Assembly (NCBI GenBank): GCA_964393345.1
Contig: CAYMTJ010000004.1
Coordinates: forward strand, 7,503-56,702
Source of the DNA: an uncultured Anaerolineaceae bacterium
GTDB taxonomy: Bacteria; Chloroflexota; Limnocylindria; Limnocylindrales; CSP1-4
Direction: 5' to 3'
Length of the DNA: 49,200 nucleotides
The translations under genes and the position numbers were made by a program. Each line of letters starts with the position of its first letter. Within the stretch, counting starts at the first letter, position 1. Positions 36,265 to 47,202 of this stretch are shown here, piece after piece. The notes under the pieces were generated by a model, which saw only the letters and a program-made list of their open reading frames with translations, did no database searches and was not told where the DNA came from.

Positions 36265-37200
36265 GTGCAGGCGGCGATCGATGCGCTGACGGCCGCGCCC
36301 GGACCGCTGCTGGTCATCGTGGACTTCGACGGGACGCTCACGCCCGGTTCGCGCGACCCGGGTGCGGCCCGGATCGATCCCCACGCCCAGCGTGTCCTGC
36401 GGCGGCTGGCGGGACTCCGCCTGGCGAGGCCCGAGCGCCTGCATATCGCGGTCCTGACGGGTCGCACGGTGGCGGACGTCGCATCGCGAGCCCGCGTCGG
36501 CGGCATCGAGTATCACGGCGACCACGGACTCCAGCGCGGCTGGCTCGAACGCCGGGCCCGGGCCGGTTCGATCATCGTGACGCCCGAGCCAGGGTTCGAG
36601 GGCCACGAGCGACCGGCCGAGGCCCTGGCCGTGGGGGTCGCGGCGGCCCTGGACCATCCGGCGTGGCTCTTCGTCGAGCGCAAGGGTCCGTCGGTGGCCT
36701 TCCACGTGCGCCAGGCCGACGACATCCCGGCGGCGCGCGCGGCGGTGCTCGGGGCGGTGGAGGCCGTGGAGCGCCGGGACGCGCTCGGCGACCATGGCCT
36801 GACGCCGTACCGGGGCCGGTCCGTGGTCGACCTGCGGCCCCGGGATGCCGGTGGCAAACGGGAGGCGACCGAACGCCTCATCACGCAGCACGCGCCGGGC
36901 GCGGTGCTCGCCCTCGGCGACGATCTGAGCGACGCGGAAACGTTCGATGCCGTCCATGCGGCCCGCGCCGGGCGGCGGATCGCTCATGGGCTCGCGGTCG
37001 CCGTCCACGGCCGACTGGTCGCCCCACCGGACGTCGTCGCGCGCGCCGACCTCGTGATCGACTCGTCGCGGGACGTGGCCCGGCTGCTGGGCGGGATCGC
37101 CCGACGCCTGGCGAGCGAAATGGACGCTCCACCCGGCGCGCTACCCGATGGGAGGAGCCGGCCCGGCGAGCTCCGGGACGATCCGACCGGCGAGCGCTAG
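36265..37200 (+). CDS. otsB: Trehalose-6-phosphate phosphatase (HAD)
   Basis: VDFDGTL, VLTGR, YHGDHG, VERKGPSVAFHVR, GRSVVDLRP..GK, LGDDLSDAETF. Start GTG36265 or CTG36211. Confidence 0.85.
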   Translation: MQAAIDALTAAPGPLLVIVDFDGTLTPGSRDPGAARIDPHAQRVLRRLAGLRLARPERLHIAVLTGRTVADVASRARVGGIEYHGDHGLQRGWLERRARAGSIIVTPEPGFEGHERPAEALAVGVAAALDHPAWLFVERKGPSVAFHVRQADDIPAARAAVLGAVEAVERRDALGDHGLTPYRGRSVVDLRPRDAGGKREATERLITQHAPGAVLALGDDLSDAETFDAVHAARAGRRIAHGLAVAVHGRLVAPPDVVARADLVIDSSRDVARLLGGIARRLASEMDAPPGALPDGRSRPGELRDDPTGER

Positions 37201-38678
37201 CGGGCGACGAGCGGGGCCGGGAGGACCTCGGCGGCCTGGCTCACGAGCTCGAGGAGCGGCCCGGGGAACAGGCCGATGGCGATCGTCAGGACGGTCGCGG
37301 CCGCCAGCCCGGTCCAGAGGAGCCATCCGTGGCGGAGGGCCGGGGCGTCGCTGGCCGGGTCGCGCATGAACATGTACACGACGACCCGGAGGTAGTAGAA
37401 GGCCGCCGCCGCCGCGTTGAGTACCGCGATGACCGCCAGGACCGTCAGCGGTCCGCCGGCCTGGACCGCCGCGAGGATCACGTAGGCCTTCGCGAAGAAC
37501 CCGGCGAGCGGCGGGATCCCGGTGAGCGACAGCAGGAACAGCGTCATGAGGATGGCCAGCAAGGGCTCCTTGCGGCCGAGCCCGGCGAACGTATCGAGCG
37601 CGGACGTGACCCCGGTCCGCTTCTGGAGGGCCGCGATGACCGCGAACGCCCCGAGGTTCATGAACGTGTACGCCGCCCCGTAGAACAGCAGGCCCTCCAG
37701 CCCGGAGATCTGGCCGCCCGCGTAGGCGGCCAGGCCGACGAGCATGTAGCCGGTGTGGGCGATCGAGCTGTAGGCCAGCATCCGTTTGACGTTGTCCTGC
37801 GTCAGGGCCACGAGGTTGCCGAGGGTCATCGTGACGGCGGCGAGCACGATGACGACCGGCAGCCACCACTCCGCGAGCGGCTGCAGCGCCTCGGCGAAGA
37901 GCCGCAGGATCAATGCGAACGCGCCCACCTTGGGGCCCACCGACAGGTACCCGGTGATCGGGGTGGGCGAGCCCTGGTACGCGTCCGGCGTCCAGTAGTG
38001 GAACGGCACCGCGGCGATCTTGAACGCCACGCCGGTCGTCAGGAACGCCAGTCCCATCGCCAGCCCGGGCGACAGGGCGGCGCTCCCGCTCGCGATCGCC
38101 GCGAGCACCTCGGCCACGCCGTCGACGCGCGTCGTGCCGGTGAGGCCCCACACGAACGCCAGCCCGAACAGGAAGATCGCCGAGCTGAACGACCCCAGGA
38201 GGAAGTACTTGATCGCCCCCTCGGTCGAGTACCCGTCCGTCTTGTGGTAGCCGGCCAGCAGGTAGCCGGGCAGCACCATCAGCTCCAGGCCGAGGAACAG
38301 CATCAGGAGGTCCGTGGACGCCGCGATGAGCATCGCCCCGGCCATCGCGAAGACCAGGACCGTGGCGAACTCCGCGATCGGCAGCCCGCGCGGGACGAGG
38401 TAGTCCGGGGCGAAGACCACCGTCAGCGCCACGATCGCGATGAACAGCAGGTCGAGGAACATCGTGAGCGCGTCCATCGAGTACGCCCCGCCGAACGCCG
38501 TCCGGACGACCGTGCCCTGGGCGACGGTGATGGCCGCCGTGATGCCCAGCCCCGCGATCGTGGTGGCGACGGCCAGGGCCGTATTCGCCGGGCGGATGAG
38601 GTCGACGACCAGGATGGCGAACGCGGTGAGGATCGCCGCAGCCAGCGGCGCGATCGTCAGGAGGTCGTCGCTGGTCAA
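37197..38678 (-). CDS. nuoN: NADH-quinone oxidoreductase subunit N
   Basis: [60 protein letters not shown] start overlaps the nuoM stop. Confidence 0.96.
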   Translation of the reverse strand: MTSDDLLTIAPLAAAILTAFAILVVDLIRPANTALAVATTIAGLGITAAITVAQGTVVRTAFGGAYSMDALTMFLDLLFIAIVALTVVFAPDYLVPRGLPIAEFATVLVFAMAGAMLIAASTDLLMLFLGLELMVLPGYLLAGYHKTDGYSTEGAIKYFLLGSFSSAIFLFGLAFVWGLTGTTRVDGVAEVLAAIASGSAALSPGLAMGLAFLTTGVAFKIAAVPFHYWTPDAYQGSPTPITGYLSVGPKVGAFALILRLFAEALQPLAEWWLPVVIVLAAVTMTLGNLVALTQDNVKRMLAYSSIAHTGYMLVGLAAYAGGQISGLEGLLFYGAAYTFMNLGAFAVIAALQKRTGVTSALDTFAGLGRKEPLLAILMTLFLLSLTGIPPLAGFFAKAYVILAAVQAGGPLTVLAVIAVLNAAAAAFYYLRVVVYMFMRDPASDAPALRHGWLLWTGLAAATVLTIAIGLFPGPLLELVSQAAEVLPAPLVAR

Positions 38679-40327
38679 TGGGCGGCGCCGCTTTCCGCGG
38701 GCAGCGTCGACGCCGGTGGCCGTGGCGACGCCAGCACGAAGCCGACGCGGGCGACGACCGCCACCACGACCAGCCCGACGATGCCGATGACGACCTCCGG
38801 GGCGACGACGAGCGCCGCGCCGCCGTGGGCGGCCTCGAGTGTGTCGTCCACCGTGCCGCCGAACAGCCCCAGGTGCAGTCCGGGCTGGATGCCGAACACG
38901 ACCACCATGGCCGCGAGCGGGGTGAGCGTCAGGATCTCGACCGGGGTCATGTCCGTCAGGTGGTGGCCGAGACCGGCCAGGAACCCGGACACCTCACCGA
39001 AGGCGATCCGGCCGTACATGTAGAGCAGGTATCCGGCTGCGAGGATCATCACCAGCGTGGCCACCGCGGCCGCGACCGGGCTCACCTCGAACGTCCCGAC
39101 GAGCGTCAGGAACTCCCCGACGAACCCGGACAGTCCCGGCAGCCCTCCCGACGCGAACACGAAGAACCCGAAGAGCGCCACCCAGACGGGCGCTCGCGCG
39201 GCGAGGCCGGACATCTTCGCGATCGTCCGGTCATGCGTCCGTTCGTAGATGACGCCGACCATCAGGAACAGGGCCCCCGTGATCAGGCCGTGGTTGATCA
39301 TCTGGAGGATGGCGCCCTGGACCCCCTGCTCGGTGAACACGAAGATCCCGAGCGTCACGAAACCCATGTGGCTCACGCTCGAGTAGGCGACCAGGCGCTT
39401 GAGGTCCGGCTGGACGAGGGCGACGATGGCGCCGTAGATGATCGCGATGAGCGAGAGCACGATGATCGGCCCGGCGAACGTCACCGCCGCGTCCGGGAAC
39501 AGCGGGACGGCGAAGCGGATGAAGCCGTACGCGCCGAGCTTCAGCATCACGGCGGCCAGGATCACCGAGCCCGCGGTCGGCGCCTCGGTGTGGGCGTCGG
39601 GCAGCCAGGTATGGAACGGGAACATCGGGACCTTGATCGCGAAGGCGAGGAAGAATGCGAGGAACGCGCCCACCTGGAGCGCCGGCGCGAAGCCGCTCGA
39701 CGCGGCGAAGTCACGCAGGGTGATGAGATCGAAGGCGCCGACCCACGTGCCCGTCGTCGACTGATAGGCGAACGCCGTGGCGAGGATCGCCACCAGCATC
39801 AGCAGGGACCCGACGAGCGTGTACAGGACGAACTTGATCGTCGCGTAGATCCGGTTGCTGCCGCCCCAGATCCCGATGATCAGGTACATCGGGACCAGCA
39901 CGATCTCCCAGAAGATGTAGAACAGGAACAGGTCCAGGGCCAGGAAGACCCCGATCATCCCGACCTCGAGGATCAGGAACGAGATCATGTATTCCTTGAT
40001 CCGTGTCTGGATCGGCTTGAAGCTCGCGAGCAGGCTGATCCAGGTGAGGGTCGTCGTCAGCACGACGAGCGCGATCGACAGCCCGTCCGCCCCGAGCTTG
40101 TACTGGATGCCGAAGAACGGGATCCAGTCCACCGTCACCGCGTACTGGAAGCCCTCCGCCGACGGGAGATAGCCGCCCAGCAGGATCAGCGAGACCGCCC
40201 AGGTCACCAGGGCGAAGCCGAGCGCCACCGGACGGGCGGCGCCGGCCGGCAGGACCGCCACCGCGACCGCGCCGAGCAGCGGCAGGAACGTGACGACCGT
40301 GAGGATCGGGAACGCGCTCAGGTCCAT
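38675..40327 (-). CDS. nuoM: NADH-quinone oxidoreductase subunit M
   Basis: FYIFWEIVLVPMY, IKVPMFPFHTWLPDAHTEAP, LKLGAYG, AYSSVSHMG, GLPGLSGFVGE. Confidence 0.96.
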   Translation of the reverse strand: MDLSAFPILTVVTFLPLLGAVAVAVLPAGAARPVALGFALVTWAVSLILLGGYLPSAEGFQYAVTVDWIPFFGIQYKLGADGLSIALVVLTTTLTWISLLASFKPIQTRIKEYMISFLILEVGMIGVFLALDLFLFYIFWEIVLVPMYLIIGIWGGSNRIYATIKFVLYTLVGSLLMLVAILATAFAYQSTTGTWVGAFDLITLRDFAASSGFAPALQVGAFLAFFLAFAIKVPMFPFHTWLPDAHTEAPTAGSVILAAVMLKLGAYGFIRFAVPLFPDAAVTFAGPIIVLSLIAIIYGAIVALVQPDLKRLVAYSSVSHMGFVTLGIFVFTEQGVQGAILQMINHGLITGALFLMVGVIYERTHDRTIAKMSGLAARAPVWVALFGFFVFASGGLPGLSGFVGEFLTLVGTFEVSPVAAAVATLVMILAAGYLLYMYGRIAFGEVSGFLAGLGHHLTDMTPVEILTLTPLAAMVVVFGIQPGLHLGLFGGTVDDTLEAAHGGAALVVAPEVVIGIVGLVVVAVVARVGFVLASPRPPASTLPAESGAAH

Positions 40328-40329
40328 CG

Positions 40330-42306
40330 TCAGCGACCCGCCAGCACGAGGTACGACCCGGCCATGACGATCAGCCCGATGGCGATGCCGAGCGCGTAGT
40401 TCTGCACGCGACCGGTCTGGACGCGGCGAAGCCCTCGGCCGGAGGCGACCGTGGAGCGACCGATGGCGTTGACCGTTCCGTCGACCACCTCGCGATCGAA
40501 CCAGAACATCGCCTGGGCCACGCGTCCGCCGACGGCGATGAACAGCAGGTGATTGAGGTCATCGAACCACCACTTGTTGAGCGACGCGCGGTACAGGAAC
40601 GGCACCCTCGCACTGATCTCGCGGACGCTCTCGGGCCGGGCCGGGAGGTGGAGCCCGCCGATGTCCACGCCGAACAGGCGCCAGGCGAGGGCGATCCCGA
40701 TGACGGCGATCGTGACGCTCGCGATGATCAGCGCCCCATCGATGCCGAAGAGGGCGTAGGCAGCCTCCTCGTGATGGAGCATCTCGATCGCCTCGTGGAA
40801 GACCGGTTCCAGCCAGTGGTGGATCGTGCTGTCGCCGAGCGGCAGACCCAGGGCCATCCCGAGGCCGATGGACGGGATCGCGAGCAGGATGAGCGGCAGG
40901 GTCATCACGCGCGGTGATTCGTGGATCTTGTCCCAGATGGCCGCCGGTCCCCGGAAGGCGCCCCAGAACGTGAGCCCCATCAGCCGGAACATGTAGAACG
41001 CCGTCATCAGGGCGACGACGAACCCGATGGCCCACACCCACTCGAACCCGAGCTTGAACGACTCGCCCAGGATCTCGTCCTTGCTGAAGAACCCGGCCAG
41101 CGGCGGGATCCCGGCGATCGCCAGCGAGCCGACGAGCATCGTGGCGTAGGTGATCGGGATCTTCTTCGACAGCCCACCCATGTGGCGCATGTCCTGCTCT
41201 TCGTGGACGGCATGGATGACCGAGCCGGAGCCGAGGAACAGCAGCCCCTTGAAGAAGCCGTGGGTCATGAGATGGAAGATGGCGGCGGTATATGCGCCCA
41301 CCCCCAGCGCCGCGAACATGTAGCCGAGCTGGCTCAGCGTGGAGTACGCGAGCACGCGCTTGATGTCGGTCTGGGTCATCGCGATCGAGGCCGCGAGGAT
41401 CGCGGTGAAGATGCCGATCCCGGCCACCACCACCATCGCGGACGGCTCGGCCGCGAACAGCGGGTTGGCCCGCGCGACGAGATATACCCCTGCATTGACC
41501 ATCGTGGCCGCGTGGATCAGGGCGGAGACCGGCGTCGGGCCCTCCATGGCGTCGGGGAGCCAGACGTGGAGCGGGAACTGCGCGGACTTGCCCATGGCGC
41601 CGGCGAACACGAGCAGCGCGACGGCCATCAGCGGGATCGGGTTGGCGTCGCCGTGCGCGAGCATGACCTCGATCGAATCGCGGATGTTGAGCGTCGCCTC
41701 GCCGGCCGCCCCCGTGTTGATGAACACGGCCATGATCCCGAGCGCGAACCCGACGTCCCCGACCCGGTTGACGATGAATGCCTTCTTCGCCGCGAGCATC
41801 GCGGATCGCTTGCGGAACCAGAAGCCGATGAGCAGGTAGCTCGACAGGCCGACGAGCTCCCACGCCACGAAGACCACGAGCCACGAGTCCGCGAGGACCA
41901 GCAGCAGCATGCTGAACATGAAGAGGTTCAAGTAGGCGAAGAACCGCCAGTACCCCGGATCGTGGCTCATGTAGCCGATCGAGTAGACGTGCACGAGGAG
42001 TCCGATCGTGGTCACCACGATCAGGAGGCACGCCGTCAGCTGGTCGACGAAGAAGTCCGCCCGGACGACGAACTCCCCGGCCGGGATCCACTCGAACAGC
42101 GTGAAGGTCGCGCCGTGCTCGCCGAACGGCTCGGCGCCGGTCAGGGCTCCGAACGACGCGGCCATCGCGATCAGCCACACGACGAAGATGGCCAGGACCG
42201 GGATCAGATGGGCGGCCTTGCCGAGCCGACGGCCGATGGCGGCGGTGATGAGGAACCCGGCCATGGGCAGGACGACGAGGAGCGGGACCAGCGCGTCGAT
42301 CGTCAT
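40330..42306 (-). CDS. nuoL: NADH-quinone oxidoreductase subunit L
   Basis: [61 protein letters not shown]. Confidence 0.97.
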   Translation of the reverse strand: MTIDALVPLLVVLPMAGFLITAAIGRRLGKAAHLIPVLAIFVVWLIAMAASFGALTGAEPFGEHGATFTLFEWIPAGEFVVRADFFVDQLTACLLIVVTTIGLLVHVYSIGYMSHDPGYWRFFAYLNLFMFSMLLLVLADSWLVVFVAWELVGLSSYLLIGFWFRKRSAMLAAKKAFIVNRVGDVGFALGIMAVFINTGAAGEATLNIRDSIEVMLAHGDANPIPLMAVALLVFAGAMGKSAQFPLHVWLPDAMEGPTPVSALIHAATMVNAGVYLVARANPLFAAEPSAMVVVAGIGIFTAILAASIAMTQTDIKRVLAYSTLSQLGYMFAALGVGAYTAAIFHLMTHGFFKGLLFLGSGSVIHAVHEEQDMRHMGGLSKKIPITYATMLVGSLAIAGIPPLAGFFSKDEILGESFKLGFEWVWAIGFVVALMTAFYMFRLMGLTFWGAFRGPAAIWDKIHESPRVMTLPLILLAIPSIGLGMALGLPLGDSTIHHWLEPVFHEAIEMLHHEEAAYALFGIDGALIIASVTIAVIGIALAWRLFGVDIGGLHLPARPESVREISARVPFLYRASLNKWWFDDLNHLLFIAVGGRVAQAMFWFDREVVDGTVNAIGRSTVASGRGLRRVQTGRVQNYALGIAIGLIVMAGSYLVLAGR

Positions 42307-42635
42307 CGGCTCATCGCGTCGTACTCGTCGACGAGCGGGGTCTTCTTGTTTCGGTAGATGGCGATGACGATGGCCAGCCCGACGGTGGCCTCACCCGCCG
42401 CCACGGCCATGACCATCAGGGCGATCACCGATCCCTGCGCCGCGAGCGGGGCGAAGGCGTCAGGGGGCGTCGGGACGAACGAGCCGAAGGCGACGATCGC
42501 GAGATTGACCGCGTTGAGCATCAGCTCGATCGACATGAGCATGCTGATCGCGTTGCGCCGGGCCAGGAACCCGAACGTGCCGATGGCGAACAGGATCGCC
42601 GACAGCGCGAGATAGGCGTCGAGCGATTGGCTCAC
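42303..42635 (-). CDS. nuoK: NADH-quinone oxidoreductase subunit K
   Basis: [31 protein letters not shown]. Confidence 0.95.
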   Translation of the reverse strand: MSQSLDAYLALSAILFAIGTFGFLARRNAISMLMSIELMLNAVNLAIVAFGSFVPTPPDAFAPLAAQGSVIALMVMAVAAGEATVGLAIVIAIYRNKKTPLVDEYDAMSR

Positions 42636-43225
42636 GACGGGCCGCCCGGTTCGCGCTTGGCGAGGAACACCCCGCCGATGACCGCCGCGAGCAGGAGCAC
42701 GCTCACGACCTCGAACGGCAGCACGAACGAGGTGAACAGGGCCTCGGAGATATCCTTGGTGGAGACGCGCTGGACCGTGGCCGCTTCGCCCCAGTCGGTC
42801 GCGAGGACCGCGAGGACGATCACGAGCGCCACGACGATCGACGCGAGAGCGGCGGCGCGGGCCTGGGTCTGGAAGACGAGCCGTGCCGGGGCATCCTTGG
42901 TCTGGGTGAGCATGATCGCGAACAGGATCAGGACGCTGATCGCGCCGATGTAGACGATGACCTGGGCAGCGGCCACCAGCGGCGCGCGGAGGATGACGTA
43001 GATCCCCGCGAGGGCCCCGAAGCAGACGATCATTGCGAGGCCACAGCGGATGATGTCGCGCATCGTCACCACGAGCAGCCCGGCGATCAGCATGACCGCC
43101 CCGAAGATGAAGAACAGGGCGTCCGTCCAGTCCTGACCAAGGAACAGGACCATGATCCCGGCGATCCCGGTGACGGTGCCGACGACGATGAGCGTCAGGA
43201 GGATCGGGACGAGGTGCTTGACCAC
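42632..43225 (-). CDS. nuoJ: NADH-quinone oxidoreductase subunit J (extra N-terminal hydrophobic segment)
   Basis: [38 protein letters not shown]. Confidence 0.93.
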   Translation of the reverse strand: MVKHLVPILLTLIVVGTVTGIAGIMVLFLGQDWTDALFFIFGAVMLIAGLLVVTMRDIIRCGLAMIVCFGALAGIYVILRAPLVAAAQVIVYIGAISVLILFAIMLTQTKDAPARLVFQTQARAAALASIVVALVIVLAVLATDWGEAATVQRVSTKDISEALFTSFVLPFEVVSVLLLAAVIGGVFLAKREPGGPS

Positions 43226-43235
43226 GGACGCGCGA

Positions 43236-45869
43236 CTACTCGTGACCGCTGGTCAGCAGCGCCGTCCCGGCGCCGTTCCCGTGGTCATGACCGTGCCCGT
43301 GGGCGTGTCCGTGTCCGTTCCCGTTGGTGGACCCGGCCGGGATCCCGGCGATCGTCGCGGGGAGCATCGGGAGCATCCGGGCCGGGTCGAGCGGTCGGCC
43401 CTGGGCGGCGGCCGCCTCGGCCCAGCCGCGCTCGCGGCGGATGTACGTGACCTCGGTCTCCCGGTCGATGGCCGCGAGCGCCAGCAGGTCGATCATCGGC
43501 TCCTCGCGGCTGGTGTGCGAGAGCTCGAAATCGCCGCCGTCGCGCAGCGCGTCGTATGGGCACGCATCCACGCAGATCCCGCACAGGATGCAGCGGCTCT
43601 CGTCGACCTCGTACTTCTCGAGCACGCGCGGCTTGGGCATCAGGGCGCCCGTCGGGCAGGTCTCGGCGCAGCGACCGCAGGACACGCACGGGGTGTCGTT
43701 CAGGCTCATGTCGAGCGGCGTCGTGACCAGCGTGTCGAAGCCGATGCGCATGAAGTCATAGCAGGCGGCGCCGACCACCTCGGAGCAGACCTGGGCGCAC
43801 CGGCCGCAGTCGATGCAGCGCGATGGTTCGCGCAGGATGAACGCGTGCGAGTCGTCGCGGATGTAGTCGTGGTTGACGCCCGTGAAGCGGTTCTCCGTCA
43901 CGCTCCGATAGCCGGCCCCGGCGTGGTACTGCGGCTCGAGGGTCGGCAGGGTCGTCCCGTACTCGATGCCGAGCCGCCGCAGGTCGCAGAACCCGATCGC
44001 CTCGCAGGTGCACTGGAGGCAGCGGGTCGATTCGGCGACGGCGGCCTCGCGGGTGTACGGGAGCTCGTACTCGATGTAATCGTGGTTGCGCTCCTCGGCC
44101 TCCATGGCCTGCATCCGGTAGCGCGGCTCCTTGACCTCGGCCGTGAACGGCACGATCGAGAGGAACTCCGGTTGCGGCTCGGCCAGCGTCTGGCGAGTCC
44201 GGATGGCCGTCAGGTCCAGGCCCTGCAGATAGGCATCCACCGCGTACGCCGCACGGCGCCCCTCGGCGATCGCCTGGACGACCGTCGCGGCACCGATGCG
44301 GACATCGCCGGTCCCGAAGACGCCGGGCCGCCCCGTCTCGAACGTGACGGCGTCCGCCTTGAGCCGCCACTGCTTGGTCTTCTCGGGGCCTTCGTTGCCG
44401 GGCTGTTCGAGCCAGTCCAGCTCCGGCCCCTGGCCGATGGCGAGGAGGACGCGATCGCACGGGATGACGAACTCCGTGCCGGGCGCCGGCTCCGGGCGTC
44501 GACGGCCCGACGCATCGGGTTCGCCGAGCTGCATCCGGATGAATTCGACGCCGGTGACGTTGCCGGCCTCGTCCACGATGACCCGAACGGGCCCCGCCTG
44601 GAAGATGGCGGTGACGCCCTCCTCGATGGCCTCGTGGACTTCGTTCGATGCCGGCATGTCCTTCATGTCGCGGCGGTACACGAGCGTCACCTCGCTGGCT
44701 CCCTGACGGACCGACGTCCGCGAGCAGTCCATCGAGGTGAAGCCGCCGCCGATGACCACGACCCGCTTGCCGACGTGATCGGGGTAGGGCAGTCCCAGGG
44801 TCGCCGTGCGCAGGTACTCGAGCCCGTCGAGGACCTCGGCGGCGTCCTCGTTGGGGATGCCCAGCTTGTTCGTGTCGTAGCAGCCGATGGCCAGGACGAC
44901 GGCGTCGTAACCCTGGTTGGTCAGATCGTCGAGCGTGAAGTCCCGCCCGAGCCCGGCGTTGCAGACCATCTTGCCGCCCAGCCGGGTCACGGACTCGTAT
45001 TCGGCCTCGAGGACCTCCACCTTGGGCAATCGGTACTGCGGGATCCCGTAGCGGAGCATCCCGCCCGGCGCCGGGTCACGCTCGAAGACGGTCACCTCGT
45101 GACCGGACAGCAGCAGGTAGAACGCGGCGGCCATGCCGGCCGGCCCGGAGCCGATGACCGCGGCGCGGCGGCCGGTCGCCGGCTGGCGCTCGTAGGGGAT
45201 CGGCGGATCCACGCCCTCGTCGAGCATCGCCTTGAGGACCTGGTCGCCGGCATAGCGGTGGCTGTCGCGGATCGCGATCGCCTCGTCCACCTCGTCGCGC
45301 CGGCAGTGCTCCTCGCACGGGGCGGGGCAGACGCGGCCGAGGACCGAGGGGAACGGGATCGTGCGCTTGAAGATCCGTGCGCTCTCCCGCCAGTTCGCTT
45401 CCGCGTTGGCCTTGAGGAACCCGGGGATGTCGATGTGACTGGGGCACTTGTTCTGGCACGGCGGCAGGCAGTAGGCGTTGTGGTCGCTGAAGATCAGCTC
45501 GAGGTTCGTGCGCCGCAGCCGACGGATCTCCTCGGTCTGCGTCTGGACCTTCATGTCGGGCTCGCACGTCCGCGAGCAGCTGATCGGCGGGTGCTCCTCA
45601 CCCTCGACCTCGACCACGCACATCCGGCAGGCCCCGAACCCGGGCAACTTGGGTTCGTAGCAGAGCGTCGGGATCTCGATGCCGTTGTCCCGGCAGACCT
45701 CGAGGATCGTCTGGCCCTCGAAGCCCTCGATGACGCGCCCGTCGACCTCGATGCGGATGCGCGGCGTCGACTGCGGTCGCTGCGGCGAGCGCGTCTCGAG
45801 GAGCCGGTCGGCGAGCGAATCCGGCTCCGGGAGGGGGCGGCTGTCGGGGCGCGTCAGAAGGTCGGCCAT
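43236..45869 (-). CDS. Fe-S flavoprotein: NuoG-type 2Fe-2S + GltD/SfrB-like FAD/NAD(P)H domain + 2x[4Fe-4S] + C-terminal half of NuoI + His-rich tail
   Basis: IPTLC..GACRMCVVE..SC, PCQNKCP, GRVCPAPCE, GSGPAG, GGGFTSMD, YRR, RCLQCTC, CIDCGRCAQVC, CVSCGRCAETCP, then YEVDESRCILCGICVDACPYDAL..DFEL. Confidence 0.85.
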   Translation of the reverse strand: MADLLTRPDSRPLPEPDSLADRLLETRSPQRPQSTPRIRIEVDGRVIEGFEGQTILEVCRDNGIEIPTLCYEPKLPGFGACRMCVVEVEGEEHPPISCSRTCEPDMKVQTQTEEIRRLRRTNLELIFSDHNAYCLPPCQNKCPSHIDIPGFLKANAEANWRESARIFKRTIPFPSVLGRVCPAPCEEHCRRDEVDEAIAIRDSHRYAGDQVLKAMLDEGVDPPIPYERQPATGRRAAVIGSGPAGMAAAFYLLLSGHEVTVFERDPAPGGMLRYGIPQYRLPKVEVLEAEYESVTRLGGKMVCNAGLGRDFTLDDLTNQGYDAVVLAIGCYDTNKLGIPNEDAAEVLDGLEYLRTATLGLPYPDHVGKRVVVIGGGFTSMDCSRTSVRQGASEVTLVYRRDMKDMPASNEVHEAIEEGVTAIFQAGPVRVIVDEAGNVTGVEFIRMQLGEPDASGRRRPEPAPGTEFVIPCDRVLLAIGQGPELDWLEQPGNEGPEKTKQWRLKADAVTFETGRPGVFGTGDVRIGAATVVQAIAEGRRAAYAVDAYLQGLDLTAIRTRQTLAEPQPEFLSIVPFTAEVKEPRYRMQAMEAEERNHDYIEYELPYTREAAVAESTRCLQCTCEAIGFCDLRRLGIEYGTTLPTLEPQYHAGAGYRSVTENRFTGVNHDYIRDDSHAFILREPSRCIDCGRCAQVCSEVVGAACYDFMRIGFDTLVTTPLDMSLNDTPCVSCGRCAETCPTGALMPKPRVLEKYEVDESRCILCGICVDACPYDALRDGGDFELSHTSREEPMIDLLALAAIDRETEVTYIRRERGWAEAAAAQGRPLDPARMLPMLPATIAGIPAGSTNGNGHGHAHGHGHDHGNGAGTALLTSGHE

Positions 45870-45876
45870 GGTCGCC

Positions 45877-47202
45877 TTATGCGGTGGCAGCGGCGGTCAC
45901 CGCGATGGGGTGACAGACGCCGGCTGGGCAGGTGCTGCGCAACAGGTGGTCGTCGACTTCGGAGCGGAAGTATCGCATCCCACTCGTGAGCGGGAGCGTC
46001 GTCAGGCGCTCGTGGTCGCACAGCGCGGAGCCGACGATGTCGGCCGACAGGTCCGCGAGGAGGTCCACGTCCGTCGGTCGCGGCCGTCCCTCGACGGCAC
46101 GATCCGCGATCTCCACGAGCCGGCGGGTCCCGATCCGGCACGGGATGGTCTTGCCACATGCCTCGCCAGCACAGAACCTCGTCAGGAGACGGGCCAGGTC
46201 CACGACGCACGCCCGGTCGTCGGCGACGACGACCGAACCTGAGCCGACGTGGGCGCCGGCGTCGCGAAGCGCGTCGAACGTGTATGGCGTGTCGAGCGCG
46301 TCGGGCGGCAGGATCCCGCCGGATGGCCCGCCCACGAGGATGGCCTTGATCGTCCGGCCGGCCGGGAGCGCGCCACCGAGTCCGACGATGTCCCGCAACG
46401 GGGTCCCGAGCGGGACCTCGGCGATGCCGTCGCCCGACGGGGTCCGAAGCTGGACGAGCACGGTGCCGGGGCTGCCCTTCGCCCCGATCTTCGCGAAGGC
46501 CTTCGACCCATGGCGAAGGATCCACGCGACGGCCGCGAGGGTCTGGACGTTCTGGACCACCGTCGGCATGCCCCACAGGCCGCGCTCCGCGGGATGTGGT
46601 GGACGCTGCTCGGGCTGGCCGCGCTTCCCCTCGAGCGCCTTCAGCAGCACGGTCTCCTCGCCGAGCATGTAGGCGCCCTGGACGGGCCGGACCGCCAGGG
46701 TGAGGTCGCGCCCCGGTCCGAAGGCATCGAACCCGATGAACCCGCCGTCCGACGCGGCCCCGATGGCGGCCTCGAGCCCGGCGATCAGCGCGGCGTCCTC
46801 CGCCCGCACCGCGATGAAGGCTTCGGTCGCGCCGATCGCGAAGGCGGCGATGGCGGCGCCCTCGATCACCGCGAACGGGTCGCTGGCCAGCAGGAACCGG
46901 TCCGTGATGGAGGCCGGATCCGCCCCGTAGCCGTTCGCCACGACGTACCGGCGCGGCGCCTGGGTGGTGGCGGCCGTACGCCACTTGTCGGCCACGGGGA
47001 ACCCGCCGCCGCCCCGGCCGCGCAGGCCGGACTCGCCGATCGTCGCGATGGTCGCGGTGGGTCCGTGGTCCCGGATCGCGGCCTTGAGACCGGTGAACGC
47101 CCCGTTGCGGATCGCGGCATCGAGGTCGGCCGGATCGGCCGCCTCGGGACGCGTCAGCAGGGTGCTCGCCCAGCCCTTCGGGGTCGTCAGACGGGTCGTC
47201 AC
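45877..47202 (-). CDS. Divergent NuoF/HoxF/HydB-like flavoprotein subunit
   Basis: SGLRGRGGGGFP, GAYMLGEETVLLKALEGKRG, GLWGMPTVVQNV, GGPSGG, CGKTIPCR, CPAGVC. GTG47202 overlaps the upstream stop (GTGA). Confidence 0.85.
   Translation of the reverse strand: MTTRLTTPKGWASTLLTRPEAADPADLDAAIRNGAFTGLKAAIRDHGPTATIATIGESGLRGRGGGGFPVADKWRTAATTQAPRRYVVANGYGADPASITDRFLLASDPFAVIEGAAIAAFAIGATEAFIAVRAEDAALIAGLEAAIGAASDGGFIGFDAFGPGRDLTLAVRPVQGAYMLGEETVLLKALEGKRGQPEQRPPHPAERGLWGMPTVVQNVQTLAAVAWILRHGSKAFAKIGAKGSPGTVLVQLRTPSGDGIAEVPLGTPLRDIVGLGGALPAGRTIKAILVGGPSGGILPPDALDTPYTFDALRDAGAHVGSGSVVVADDRACVVDLARLLTRFCAGEACGKTIPCRIGTRRLVEIADRAVEGRPRPTDVDLLADLSADIVGSALCDHERLTTLPLTSGMRYFRSEVDDHLLRSTCPAGVCHPIAVTAAATA

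Noticed and set aside
43236-47202. Hydrogenase or formate dehydrogenase operon
   Set aside because: No H-cluster, NiFe or molybdopterin catalytic domain is present, and the genes are embedded between nuoH and nuoJ.
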